A DNA stretch of 64,000 bases from an uncultured bacterium (GTDB lineage: Bacteria; JAGOEH01). The stretch lies in the NCBI GenBank assembly GCA_964632485.1, contig CAZWDO010000001.1, positions 186,001 to 250,000 of the forward strand, written 5' to 3'. The notes beneath the pieces are model-generated. The model searched no databases. It was not told the origin of the DNA and saw nothing but the letters and a program-made list of their open reading frames with translations. The position numbers and the translations under genes were made by a program. Positions 20,815-29,884 of the stretch are shown here, one piece after another. Numbering within the stretch: position 1 is the stretch's first letter; the number at the start of each line of letters is the position of its first letter.

Positions 20815-21051
20815 CTATTCCTGAATCTCTTTTTTCTCCGGTTGGGATTCCGCAATAATATTCCTGGGTTTTGAATTACCATTTTTCGGTTCTTCAATTT
20901 GCATTTCCTGCTGGACATTATTCATAGCGTCCTTAAACTCACGAATCCCTTTTCCCAAGCCCTTTGCCAATTCAGGCAGCCGTTTAGCGCCAAAAAAAAT
21001 AAGAATCACTAAAAATATAACGATGATTTCGGGCATTCCGATGGAACCCAT
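20815..21051 (-). CDS. tatA: Twin-arginine translocase subunit TatA/E
   Basis: MGSIGMPEIIVIFLVILIFFGAKRLPELAKGLGKGIREFK. Confidence 0.93.
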   Translation of the reverse strand: MGSIGMPEIIVIFLVILIFFGAKRLPELAKGLGKGIREFKDAMNNVQQEMQIEEPKNGNSKPRNIIAESQPEKKEIQE

Positions 21052-21064
21052 ATAATTCTCCTTA

Positions 21065-21328
21065 TTAATACCACTTAAAAATATAAGCGGCAATTCCTAA
21101 GCCAAAGATACTACATAAATTGATACGAAACCCCACTCCCAGGGTAAATTTTACCGCTAGAAGATCAAAAGTGAGGGGTCCAAATGAAGGTTGCACAGCG
21201 ATCGTCAGCACATCACGCACAACTCCGGCTGGGAGCAAGCTGGCCACTAATTCACTGATAAATGCTCCGATAATTAAACCAAAGATGACGATTAGTAGAA
21301 GGATAAATTTATTTTTCTTTAGACTCAT
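21065..21328 (-). CDS. Small membrane protein, DUF4321-like
   Basis: Hydrophobic 87 aa; LP.GVVRD...P..DL...FTLG...INL.SI.G pattern. Confidence 0.7.
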   Translation of the reverse strand: MSLKKNKFILLLIVIFGLIIGAFISELVASLLPAGVVRDVLTIAVQPSFGPLTFDLLAVKFTLGVGFRINLCSIFGLGIAAYIFKWY

Positions 21329-22083
21329 GGTTCGACCTTTGTTTCAGATGAAAAATAATAACGGACTAACCTGATCAGTTTTTTCACCGGATAATAAAAA
21401 ATATAGTACATCGTAATAACAAAAAACATTTTACGGGGTAAGATAGCAATGGCAATGATAGAAGAAAAAAGCAAAACCATGATGATCCGTTCCGAGGGGC
21501 TCTGGAATGAGATCCGAGGAAAAGACCGGAATTCAATTGTCGAGACCATTAAGATCGAAACAATGACCATTAGAATTAAAAAGAAATCACCATAAGCAAA
21601 TTCGCCAAAATAGTCTTGAGTGAAAATTATGTAGGATGAAATCGCGAAAGCAGCGGCAGGAATGGGTAATCCCATAAAATTTTCCTTACTGCTCAGGTTT
21701 TTCTTTTTTTTAGAAACCATATTAAAACGAACCAATCGAAAAATACCGGCGGTCAGATAAGCAAAGGGAACCAGCCAAAGAATGGGATGAGTTTTCCCGG
21801 AGGAGGTCAATACGGAATAAAAAAGAATAGCCGGGGCAATGCCGAATGAAACCACATCCGCCATAGAATCGAGTTCCACTCCGAGCTCGGAAGTGGATTT
21901 GATGAGACGGGCTACTTTTCCATCCAAAACATCGAAGATACCGGCCAGTATAATCAACCAGGCGGCGGGAATATAGTTCTGATTCATTGTGTATAATAAA
22001 GCCTGAAACCCGCAGAAAATATTCAAACCCGTAATTAGATGAGGAAAAAAACCAAGTCTGCTATTCACCGGACCACTCTCCAA
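21325..22083 (-). CDS. pssA: CDP-diacylglycerol--serine O-phosphatidyltransferase
   Basis: CDP-alcohol motif DVLDGKVAR...GVELDSMADVVSFG; adjacent to psd. Confidence 0.92.
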   Translation of the reverse strand: MESGPVNSRLGFFPHLITGLNIFCGFQALLYTMNQNYIPAAWLIILAGIFDVLDGKVARLIKSTSELGVELDSMADVVSFGIAPAILFYSVLTSSGKTHPILWLVPFAYLTAGIFRLVRFNMVSKKKKNLSSKENFMGLPIPAAAFAISSYIIFTQDYFGEFAYGDFFLILMVIVSILMVSTIEFRSFPRISFQSPSERIIMVLLFSSIIAIAILPRKMFFVITMYYIFYYPVKKLIRLVRYYFSSETKVEP

Positions 22084-22711
22084 TAATGGACGCCCCGCCG
22101 CGTACGCGGTCGCCCGGTTTTACTAACACATTAGTCTTCAAGGGGAAATAAAAATCGGTCCGCGAACCGAATTTAATCATTCCATAGCGCTCCCCTTTAG
22201 CGACTTCTTGTCCTTCCCGCAGATTATAAACAATGCGGCGGGCCAGAATTCCGGCAATCTGCACGACCAGGAACCGTGAATTTTTATGGCGGAACCCGAC
22301 ATACATCCGTTCGTTCAATTCATCAACTTTTTCATTAAATGCCGGCAAAAATTTTCCCGGCACGTACTTTAAAAATTCGATTTTCCCAGCATAGGGAATA
22401 CGATTGACATGGACATCGAAAACCGAAAGGAAAACCGCCACCCGGATGCACTTCCCTTTAATATACATCGGCGCATTAATTGTATCGACAGATATAACCT
22501 TGCCATCCGCCGGCGATACCAAAGCCCCGATTGACTGGGGAATTTCACGTTCAGGATCGCGAAAAAAGTTGAGAATTAATAAAGTCAGCGCCAAAAAAAT
22601 CAGCCCAATAACCATTAAAACGTAATGCCGCCATAGAAAAAACCAAATAACAAATGTTAAAAGAGTCGCGAAGATCGATCCAAAGATATAAGGGTATCCA
22701 TACCGGGTCAT
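22061..22711 (-). CDS. psd: Phosphatidylserine decarboxylase proenzyme
   Basis: FFRDPER, SPADGKV, DVHVNR and the autocleavage site IKFGSR. Confidence 0.95.
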   Translation of the reverse strand: MTRYGYPYIFGSIFATLLTFVIWFFLWRHYVLMVIGLIFLALTLLILNFFRDPEREIPQSIGALVSPADGKVISVDTINAPMYIKGKCIRVAVFLSVFDVHVNRIPYAGKIEFLKYVPGKFLPAFNEKVDELNERMYVGFRHKNSRFLVVQIAGILARRIVYNLREGQEVAKGERYGMIKFGSRTDFYFPLKTNVLVKPGDRVRGGASIIGEWSGE

Positions 22712-22714
22712 GAA

Positions 22715-23557
22715 TCAATCCCCTTCCATATCCGCATCGCCATCCAGATCCGCTTCAAATTCATCTTCAAATTCCTTGATGGCATCGCGACCGATCAGCC
22801 CATCATCCAACACTTTAATCCGCTCAAAAACCGGCTGAAAGACATCCGGAAAAATGATCTGGTACAATTCTTCATAGCTTGCCAACCCATCTTTTCCGCC
22901 CATTTGAACGGCATACTTTCCTAAAAAGCGGCCCGTATCCTTCCAGCGCAAAATCATTACATCGGGGCTCAATTCATCAATTAGTACCGGTTTATCATCC
23001 AACAATCCGATTTCCAGCTTAACGTACATAAGTTCGATGCCTCTGCGATTAAAATAGGATTGAAGGACCACATTCACTTTAGCCAGTAATTGTTTAATCG
23101 ATGTGAAGGGGATATCCTTGAAGAAGCGCAGGGTCTCTATTTCCGTATCGCTCAGCAGTGCCTGGGATCCCGCCTTATCATGATAATGAGTATCTAAAAT
23201 GAAAGTCGTCAAGCGTTCATTTTCGACGTTTCCCGTCCGCTCAGCAATCCAGGGCATGGCATTATTATAAATATTGAAAATCAATGGAATGGATTTGCAT
23301 TTGTGGACTAGCAGGCGGCTGTCCTCAACATAATGGATGCAATGCGTATTAACAAGAAATCCGTCTAAAAAATCAAAGAGGCGCTCGCTGATTTTAGCTG
23401 AATAAAAACCTTTTTTCGATGCGTGATACGATTCTTCCTTACGTTCATCATAAACGACATCCTTAAATTCGATAATATAGCGTTCACTATCATCTGAAGT
23501 CCACAAATTTTTTCTTTTTCCCTCTTGGATTAATTTCATCTTTTCTTTACGGCTCAT
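22715..23557 (-). CDS. SAICAR synthetase (PurC)-like protein, divergent
   Basis: EGK, EFKD, KLEIG and DELSPD are retained, but several PurC consensus residues are altered. Confidence 0.7.
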   Translation of the reverse strand: MSRKEKMKLIQEGKRKNLWTSDDSERYIIEFKDVVYDERKEESYHASKKGFYSAKISERLFDFLDGFLVNTHCIHYVEDSRLLVHKCKSIPLIFNIYNNAMPWIAERTGNVENERLTTFILDTHYHDKAGSQALLSDTEIETLRFFKDIPFTSIKQLLAKVNVVLQSYFNRRGIELMYVKLEIGLLDDKPVLIDELSPDVMILRWKDTGRFLGKYAVQMGGKDGLASYEELYQIIFPDVFQPVFERIKVLDDGLIGRDAIKEFEDEFEADLDGDADMEGD

Positions 23558-23568
23558 CTATTCCTCCT

Positions 23569-24819
23569 CTAATAGTAATTTTTTCTGGGTTGAGGGTTTT
23601 CTTTCAGTTTCATAGATATTGATATCTCATTTTTCTCACGAATAATCTTAAAAGCGACCCTGTCTCCTACCTGGGCGTCAGAAAACTCATCAAGGATTTC
23701 TTCCGAGTTTTTCATACGTTTATTATTAACACCGATAATAACGTCGCGCCGTTTCAATCCGGCCTCATCTGCGGGACTGCCAGTTTCCACATTGGTGATA
23801 ATCGCGCCGCCAGGCTGCTTCAAATTGAGGTATTCCGCGACCATTGGGCTGATATCGTTAATACTGATCCCGGTATAAAAATTACGTACCCGCCCGTATC
23901 GCCGAATTTCCTGCATCACTTTTTTGGCCTTATTGATCGGGAGGGCGAAACCCAATCCAATGGAACCGCTGTTTCCCTGCGTCAAAATAAAGGTATTGAC
24001 ACCGATTACTTCACCCAGTATATTCAGCAAGGGGCCGCCGCTATTTCCCTGGTTGATATCCGCATTAGTTTGAATCATCCGTTTGTAATATTTGTTCTCA
24101 CGATCAAATTTGATATTACGATTAACGGCAGAAATCCAGCCGCACGTAACACTGGGACCTGTTTCCGCTAAAATATAGCCAAACGGATTACCGATAGCGA
24201 TTGCGTACTCTCCGATCATCAGATCATCGGAATCACCCAACGGGGCAACCGGTAGATTATCTCCTTCGATTTTGATAATCGCGATATCCGCGGAATTGTC
24301 CAAACCAACTAGTTTACCCGGGAATTGGCGGCTATCCGGGAAATTGATGTAAATATCCTTAGCGTCTTGAACCACATGGGCATTGGTTATAACGTAACCT
24401 TCGGGATCGACGATAAAACCGGATCCCATGGATGAAATGCTGTATGGGACAATCTGACGCTGTCCCAATTCAGGAAAAAACATTTCAAAAAAAGGATCGA
24501 TGGGATACTGGTAGTAACGCACCTGGGTCACACTCACACTAACGACCGCTTCGCGCACCCTGGCCACAGCCGAGACAAAAGGTGTATAGCGCAATTGCCG
24601 CCGCAAGGTATCATTTAGCGTTACATCACTCCAGGCCACCGTTTGAAAGGAATTCAAAAAAACTGGCAGAGCGTCGCTGGGAGCGATTTGGGATTGATTT
24701 TCCTTTAACAAGGTTCTATCATTATAATAATATAACAGAATGGTACCAATGATCGAACCTAATATGAAGGTAATTGCAAACGAATAAACAAGCTTAAACT
24801 GAATTTTTTCCATTTTCAA
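23569..24819 (-). CDS. HtrA/DegP-family serine protease with one PDZ domain
   Basis: GSGF, TNAHVV, DIA and GNSGGPL triad motifs; C-terminal PDZ. Confidence 0.95.
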   Translation of the reverse strand: MKMEKIQFKLVYSFAITFILGSIIGTILLYYYNDRTLLKENQSQIAPSDALPVFLNSFQTVAWSDVTLNDTLRRQLRYTPFVSAVARVREAVVSVSVTQVRYYQYPIDPFFEMFFPELGQRQIVPYSISSMGSGFIVDPEGYVITNAHVVQDAKDIYINFPDSRQFPGKLVGLDNSADIAIIKIEGDNLPVAPLGDSDDLMIGEYAIAIGNPFGYILAETGPSVTCGWISAVNRNIKFDRENKYYKRMIQTNADINQGNSGGPLLNILGEVIGVNTFILTQGNSGSIGLGFALPINKAKKVMQEIRRYGRVRNFYTGISINDISPMVAEYLNLKQPGGAIITNVETGSPADEAGLKRRDVIIGVNNKRMKNSEEILDEFSDAQVGDRVAFKIIREKNEISISMKLKENPQPRKNYY

Positions 24820-25550
24820 TAATCAACTCTCATAAAAAATAAACCCTGCGGGGGCGCGGTCCGGCCGGTGGCGCGTCGATCCCTGGCATATAACCAGTTA
24901 TCCCAGGAATCCGGGCTGAATCGCCCCTGATAAATATCAACACTGCTGCCGACGATAATACGGACCATATTGTAAATAAAGCGATTGGCTTTAATCCGGA
25001 ATCGATAGAAGGGGTCTTCTTTGCACCATTGAAGCGATTCCACATCGCATCGATGATGAGGAGACCGGGAACCAGCCGCGCAAAACGAAGTAAAATCATG
25101 CATACCTTTAAGTGCCTGCAATGGCTCGTTGATCGATAAAAAATCATCTGTTATGCGCAATTCCCAGCAAAACCCATGATACATAGCAGTTTTACCGGGG
25201 AAAATCCGATACTCATAGCTCCTGGAACGGGCGGAAAACCGCGCATTAAAGCTAGGATCCGCTTCTTCTACCCAATGCACAGCAATCTCGCGAGATAAAA
25301 TTCCATTCAATTGATAGCATATTCGCGAGGTATCAACCGGCTGAGCGCTCTTAAAGCCCACGATCTGGCCTAAAGCATGCACGCCAGCATCTGTCCGGCC
25401 AGCGGCAATGACTGTGATCGGCTCCTTCAACAGGATCATTAGGGCCCGTTCCAATTCCAGTTGAACGGTGGGCTCATTCAACTGCTTTTGCCAGCCGGAA
25501 AATGCCCGGCCGTCATACTCAAGTTCCATCTTATAGTTATACATAGCCAA
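24816..25550 (-). CDS. truA: tRNA pseudouridine(38-40) synthase
   Basis: YDGRAFSGWQ, AGRTDAGVHA, FNARFSA and YNMVRII motifs. Confidence 0.96.
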   Translation of the reverse strand: MAMYNYKMELEYDGRAFSGWQKQLNEPTVQLELERALMILLKEPITVIAAGRTDAGVHALGQIVGFKSAQPVDTSRICYQLNGILSREIAVHWVEEADPSFNARFSARSRSYEYRIFPGKTAMYHGFCWELRITDDFLSINEPLQALKGMHDFTSFCAAGSRSPHHRCDVESLQWCKEDPFYRFRIKANRFIYNMVRIIVGSSVDIYQGRFSPDSWDNWLYARDRRATGRTAPPQGLFFMRVDY

Positions 25551-25790
25551 TATCCCGTCTCATTCCGCCAATCCTGATTGGCCGCTTTCCAAACATTCAG
25601 CGGACTATCGGTTCAATCCAATTAGCGGACTCATTCATATCTGTCTCTAACCCGCTCATTTTAAACGATGCGACTTGGGCCAATATCAGACAGAAAATCA
25701 TGGGTCTGAGAAAACTAATTGCAGCCATCGGTTCACGCCATTCGCCCGATCGGTTACCCATGAACGTCTATTGACAGACTCTGTCGCATA

Positions 25791-25819
25791 ATTATAATAA
25801 AAATAGTAGAGATTGTCAA
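25791..25819 (-). promoter_or_regulatory. Consensus sigma70 promoter upstream of the truA operon
   Basis: Exact TTGACA-17nt-TATAAT on the minus strand. Confidence 0.75.
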
Positions 25820-25827
25820 CACAAATT

Positions 25828-26892
25828 TTAATAATGGAAAACAAGTCCGATCTGGTGAGTGTTTTGCAGCGCCAGATGCCGCACAAAAGCATATTCCAGC
25901 CCCCACCTTTTCCACTTCAACCCTAAACCCGTCGTAAAACTTTTTTGAAAATAATCACTCAATTTGATTTTTTCATCGCTTTGTGATGAATCGAATCCCC
26001 AACTAAAACGAAGCCAATCATTCACCATCATCCTCAAGCCCCAGCTCAAATTCATATCCACCCAGGATGTATTCAGCATAGCAGCTTGGCCCAAATCGGT
26101 TGTAAACATGATCCAGTCCCCAAAACATTCGAGATTCATTTTCCAATTTTCATGCGCAACCCAGGGTTGAAAAGCATAAGCCACCCCTCCCACCAGTTGG
26201 GGATACGCGTATTCAGTCGCGCCGGATTTCCAACTGATCAAAGTGGTAGTCAGATCACGTAGCATACAGGCTAATTGCCAGGAACGATAGCGGTATGCCA
26301 ACCCGACATCCATGCCAATGCCGAAACCGCTGGTGGCATGCAGGTTGCGATAAATCATCTTTAAATTGAAGCCGTAATCGAATGCATGAAACCGTGAACT
26401 ATAGCCAAGAATACAAGCATAATCCTGAGTACCGAAATAGCTGATTTTTGAAGGATCGAGCGATTCTCCCGGATCAATCTGTCCATTGCCGTTCAAATCG
26501 ATCAGGGCATTACGGGTGTCGGCGATATCATCGACTGCCGCGCGTACGGCGATTAAGCTGACACTTTGCCGTTGTCCATGATAAACGACTGCCGCCGCGT
26601 CATGTTTTAAAAAGCCGTTAAAAAATTCGCTATGCACTAATATGGCGCTGGCAGGAGCGTGGCGCAGCATAGCCGGATTATAAAAGGCAGTAAACGCATC
26701 ATACGCCGAAGTTACCGCTGCCTGTCCCTGGGAACTCACGGCAGGACTCATGCCTATTTTCAGAAATTCATTCGTATAATCCGCGGCACTTAATTCGACC
26801 GACGCCCATAGCATCCAGAAAAGATTTAAATAAACGGCCAGTTCAACCACGGTGAATCGACGGCGGCCATTTCCAGTTACAAATCCTCTCAT
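25828..26892 (-). CDS. PorV-like outer-membrane beta-barrel protein
   Basis: NEFLKIG, FYNPAM and GIGMDVG motifs; C-terminal NTHQIGLVFHY; EF-hand-like insert DLNGNGQIDPGE. Confidence 0.7.
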   Translation of the reverse strand: MRGFVTGNGRRRFTVVELAVYLNLFWMLWASVELSAADYTNEFLKIGMSPAVSSQGQAAVTSAYDAFTAFYNPAMLRHAPASAILVHSEFFNGFLKHDAAAVVYHGQRQSVSLIAVRAAVDDIADTRNALIDLNGNGQIDPGESLDPSKISYFGTQDYACILGYSSRFHAFDYGFNLKMIYRNLHATSGFGIGMDVGLAYRYRSWQLACMLRDLTTTLISWKSGATEYAYPQLVGGVAYAFQPWVAHENWKMNLECFGDWIMFTTDLGQAAMLNTSWVDMNLSWGLRMMVNDWLRFSWGFDSSQSDEKIKLSDYFQKSFTTGLGLKWKRWGLEYAFVRHLALQNTHQIGLVFHY

Positions 26893-26894
26893 GG

Positions 26895-29138
26895 TCAGTT
26901 CCTCGAAAGATGGTATGTTACAAATCTATCCAGAGACTTAATAGCAGAACGGATATCAGTATAGACCGGCAATCCATTGTCTTCCAGAATAGAGATAAAA
27001 TCCTGGTAATAGCGGCCGGCATTAACTGAAATAACCATGGGTTTCGGATATTTCCGGCCTAATTGAACCAACCGGTTTGCCAACCCGCTGGGATCATTAC
27101 ATGTATCCGGAGTTGTTTTCAGGGTAATGGTGTGAGGAACCACAGCCACAAAAACACAGTCAACATTGGGATCCCGAAGCACAGCTTCCACAAAATCGGC
27201 ATACATCTCATCATCGGCCATGGGGGTGATATCCAGAAAAGCCGTTGACGTGTCGACCAGACCGTGTCTATTGATCGTGTGAAGTTTATTAAGAGTATCG
27301 ACTGAAAGTTTAGCTTGTTTTAACCGTTTCAATTCATCCGCGCCGACCGTGGATTCAAATCCGGCATTAACGACTCCGGCTACCCGATTTCCAGATGGCT
27401 GACGATGGGCCAGAAGCGAGAAAATTTTGACGTAATCATAGTGGTCTTCAATATTTTCCGCTAAAATCAGCCCAGCCTGCTGGCAAGTCGCTTTAAAAAC
27501 ATCATAGCTGCCGGACATAGAAGCGGTATGAGAGGCAGCCGCGCGCGCCCCGGCCTCTGTCCGACCCGATTTATACACAATGAGCGGTTTCGCCAGGCGG
27601 CATCCCAACTCAAAAAATCGACGACCTTCACCCGGGTCAAAACCTTCTACATATAAAGAGATGACGTCAATGTCGTCTTCATGATTAAAATATTCGATCA
27701 AATCGGTAATTTTAACATCATATTTATTACCAAAACTGACGATGGATTTAAAGGCCCGGGCATGTTGTAAACGATCGATTTCAGTGACGGCCAGAGCGCC
27801 ACTTTGAGTCAGCAACACCGTATTGCTAAAATCATTATATTTGATTTCGAGGCGTTTTTCTTCGATAAACAATGTATTTAAGCCCGGCTGGGATTCCCCG
27901 GGGGCATAAAACACACCCATGCAATTAGGTCCAATAACACGAACACCCTTAGGTACGGTCTGGTTCAACTCTTGCTCAAATTCACTATACCGAATATTTG
28001 CGGGAATCCCCGAAATCAGGATCACCGCGAGTGTCGAAGAACTGCCCAATTCCTTAAAAAAATCCAATGTGTATTGAGCGGGAGCGGTATATACAACGAG
28101 GTCGAAAGCGGCTGGAACCTCTGCCAGCGAATGGTATAGCGGATAAATCTTGTCATCAAATTGGATCGTACCGCCTTTAACATTAACAAAATAGATATCG
28201 TCCCGCTTCAAATCATGTTGCAATTGAGCAATTTCACGGCCCAGACTATATTTGTTCGCATCGGCGGATACTCCGACAATAACAATTCCACGCGGATGGA
28301 AAAAGCGATCCAGATTCACTTCATTGACACAAGGCATGATTGCCTGTTTGCCGCGCTCAAACGAAATTTGCGCAAAACCGTCGATAGCTACAAAACGATT
28401 ATCTTTAGTAAAAACAAACGGATTGATATCTAAAGCTTTAAAGATGAAATCCGGCCGCTCAGGCGCTATAAAAGAATACTGAAAAGCCAGACGACTCAGC
28501 AGATAGGCTGCCTGCGCCAGGCGTTTCAAATATTCGGGGCGGCCGATATCTATAAATTTCTGTTTGATTTTCAGAGTATCAACCATTCGCTCCGCTTCCT
28601 CCAACTCTAAAGGCGGAAGAAACAAATTAGCGGGATCGTAATTCAGGGCGAAAAATTCCGCGTCATCCCCCCCTTTGCTTAAAGTAAGAACGGGCCCAAA
28701 AGCAGAATCCTCCTTGAATCCTATCAGAGTTTCATACCCGATTGATTGAGTATGCGGTAAATACTCTACCAGCAAAAAACCATAAATATCCGGTTGCCGA
28801 TCTCTCGGGAAAAAAGAGAGAACCTCATTACGCATCCGCTGCACAACATATTGGATGAACATTAATTCCAGATTATCGACGATCTTAACTCCGCCGACTT
28901 TTTGCTTGTGAGCGATATCGGCCGATATGATTTTCAACACAATTTTCCTGCCGAAACCTTGTAATAGTTCCTCAGTTATTTCCGTTTCATCCTTAATATA
29001 AATAAATTTGGGAACTTCCAGCCCAATCGCTTCCAAAAGCTGATACACTTCAAACTCATACAAATTTTCACGATCTTCGTTTTTAGCGCTCAATACAATT
29101 TGATGAAGCTTTCTTTGGATTTGAGAATTAAAGAGCAT
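26895..29138 (-). CDS. ADP-forming acetate/acyl-CoA ligase, beta-alpha fusion
   Basis: N-terminal ATP-grasp (HKQKVGGV, FGPV, DINP), then the CoA-binding domain (IGPNCMG, QSGAL, SFGNK) and the phospho-His motif AASHT. Confidence 0.88.
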   Translation of the reverse strand: MLFNSQIQRKLHQIVLSAKNEDRENLYEFEVYQLLEAIGLEVPKFIYIKDETEITEELLQGFGRKIVLKIISADIAHKQKVGGVKIVDNLELMFIQYVVQRMRNEVLSFFPRDRQPDIYGFLLVEYLPHTQSIGYETLIGFKEDSAFGPVLTLSKGGDDAEFFALNYDPANLFLPPLELEEAERMVDTLKIKQKFIDIGRPEYLKRLAQAAYLLSRLAFQYSFIAPERPDFIFKALDINPFVFTKDNRFVAIDGFAQISFERGKQAIMPCVNEVNLDRFFHPRGIVIVGVSADANKYSLGREIAQLQHDLKRDDIYFVNVKGGTIQFDDKIYPLYHSLAEVPAAFDLVVYTAPAQYTLDFFKELGSSSTLAVILISGIPANIRYSEFEQELNQTVPKGVRVIGPNCMGVFYAPGESQPGLNTLFIEEKRLEIKYNDFSNTVLLTQSGALAVTEIDRLQHARAFKSIVSFGNKYDVKITDLIEYFNHEDDIDVISLYVEGFDPGEGRRFFELGCRLAKPLIVYKSGRTEAGARAAASHTASMSGSYDVFKATCQQAGLILAENIEDHYDYVKIFSLLAHRQPSGNRVAGVVNAGFESTVGADELKRLKQAKLSVDTLNKLHTINRHGLVDTSTAFLDITPMADDEMYADFVEAVLRDPNVDCVFVAVVPHTITLKTTPDTCNDPSGLANRLVQLGRKYPKPMVISVNAGRYYQDFISILEDNGLPVYTDIRSAIKSLDRFVTYHLSRN

Positions 29139-29245
29139 ACAATCTCCTCTTGTTATAAACTAGTCGAATTCATAGATAAAAGGCAATTCTTCAAAAATAA
29201 CCGCTCGCGGCGTTAGCTATCTCCGGTTTTTTTATCCATTATCTC

Positions 29246-29274
29246 ATAATAATCATAAGAAAAGCTATTGTCAA
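29246..29274 (-). promoter_or_regulatory. sigma70-like promoter for the acyl-CoA ligase gene
   Basis: TTGACA-17nt-TATTAT on the minus strand. Confidence 0.6.
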
Positions 29275-29331
29275 TAAGATTTTTAGTGTATTTGCAATTT
29301 CCCATTTTTTTGCAAAAAATGATAAAAGAGC

Positions 29332-29360
29332 TTGACATTTAATATTTTTTATGTTATATA
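29332..29360 (+). promoter_or_regulatory. sigma70-like promoter for the HU gene
   Basis: TTGACA-17nt-TATATA with an extended -10 TG. Confidence 0.65.
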
Positions 29361-29414
29361 TTAAGTCCGCTTTCGCTTGAAACATTCACCAGTCAATAGA
29401 GGAGGAATAACGAT

Positions 29415-29705
29415 ATGACAAAAGCGGATCTTGTACGGATAGTTTCCGAAAAGACCGGTATGACCCGCAATGAAGTGTCGATGATTGTTGACACTTTAAT
29501 TGAGTCGATTAAAAAATCAGTTATTCAAGACGAACGGATAGAAATCCGCGGTTTTGGTAACTTTTATCTTCGTCACAAAAAAGCTCGAAAGGCACGGAAT
29601 CCACGCACTCGGGAAGAAGTGCCGATTCCAGCCCGCATCGTGCCGGAATTCAAGATTTCCCGTGTGTTCCGCACAGAAGTCGATGAAATCCATAATAATA
29701 AATAA
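29415..29705 (+). CDS. HU/IHF-family DNA-binding protein
   Basis: MTKADLV, IEIRGFGNF and ARNPRT motifs; GGAGGA RBS. Confidence 0.95.
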   Translation: MTKADLVRIVSEKTGMTRNEVSMIVDTLIESIKKSVIQDERIEIRGFGNFYLRHKKARKARNPRTREEVPIPARIVPEFKISRVFRTEVDEIHNNK

Positions 29706-29716
29706 GGAGGATTACC

Positions 29717-29812
29717 TTGCCTTGTGGACGAAAGCGTAAACGCAAAAAAATTGCGACGCATAAGCGTAAAAAAAGATTAAGGAAAAATCGACATAAAAAG
29801 AAAAATCGGTAA
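29717..29812 (+). CDS. Small basic protein, AURKAIP1/COX24 (bS22/mS38-like ribosomal protein) family
   Basis: AGGAGG RBS, TTG start, MPCGRKRKRKKIATHKRKKRLRKNRHKKKNR (31 aa), followed by a hairpin. Confidence 0.85.
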   Translation: MPCGRKRKRKKIATHKRKKRLRKNRHKKKNR

Positions 29813-29821
29813 ATGGAATTA

Positions 29822-29850
29822 AATCCTCCTGGCAGCCTGCCGGGAGGATT
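29822..29850 (+). terminator. Hairpin/terminator after the HU-bS22 pair
   Basis: AATCCTCCTGGCA / TGCCGGGAGGATT inverted repeat (one G-U pair). Confidence 0.65.
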
Positions 29851-29884
29851 ATTAATCCATTCACCTTTTTTTTATTAGTATTCA

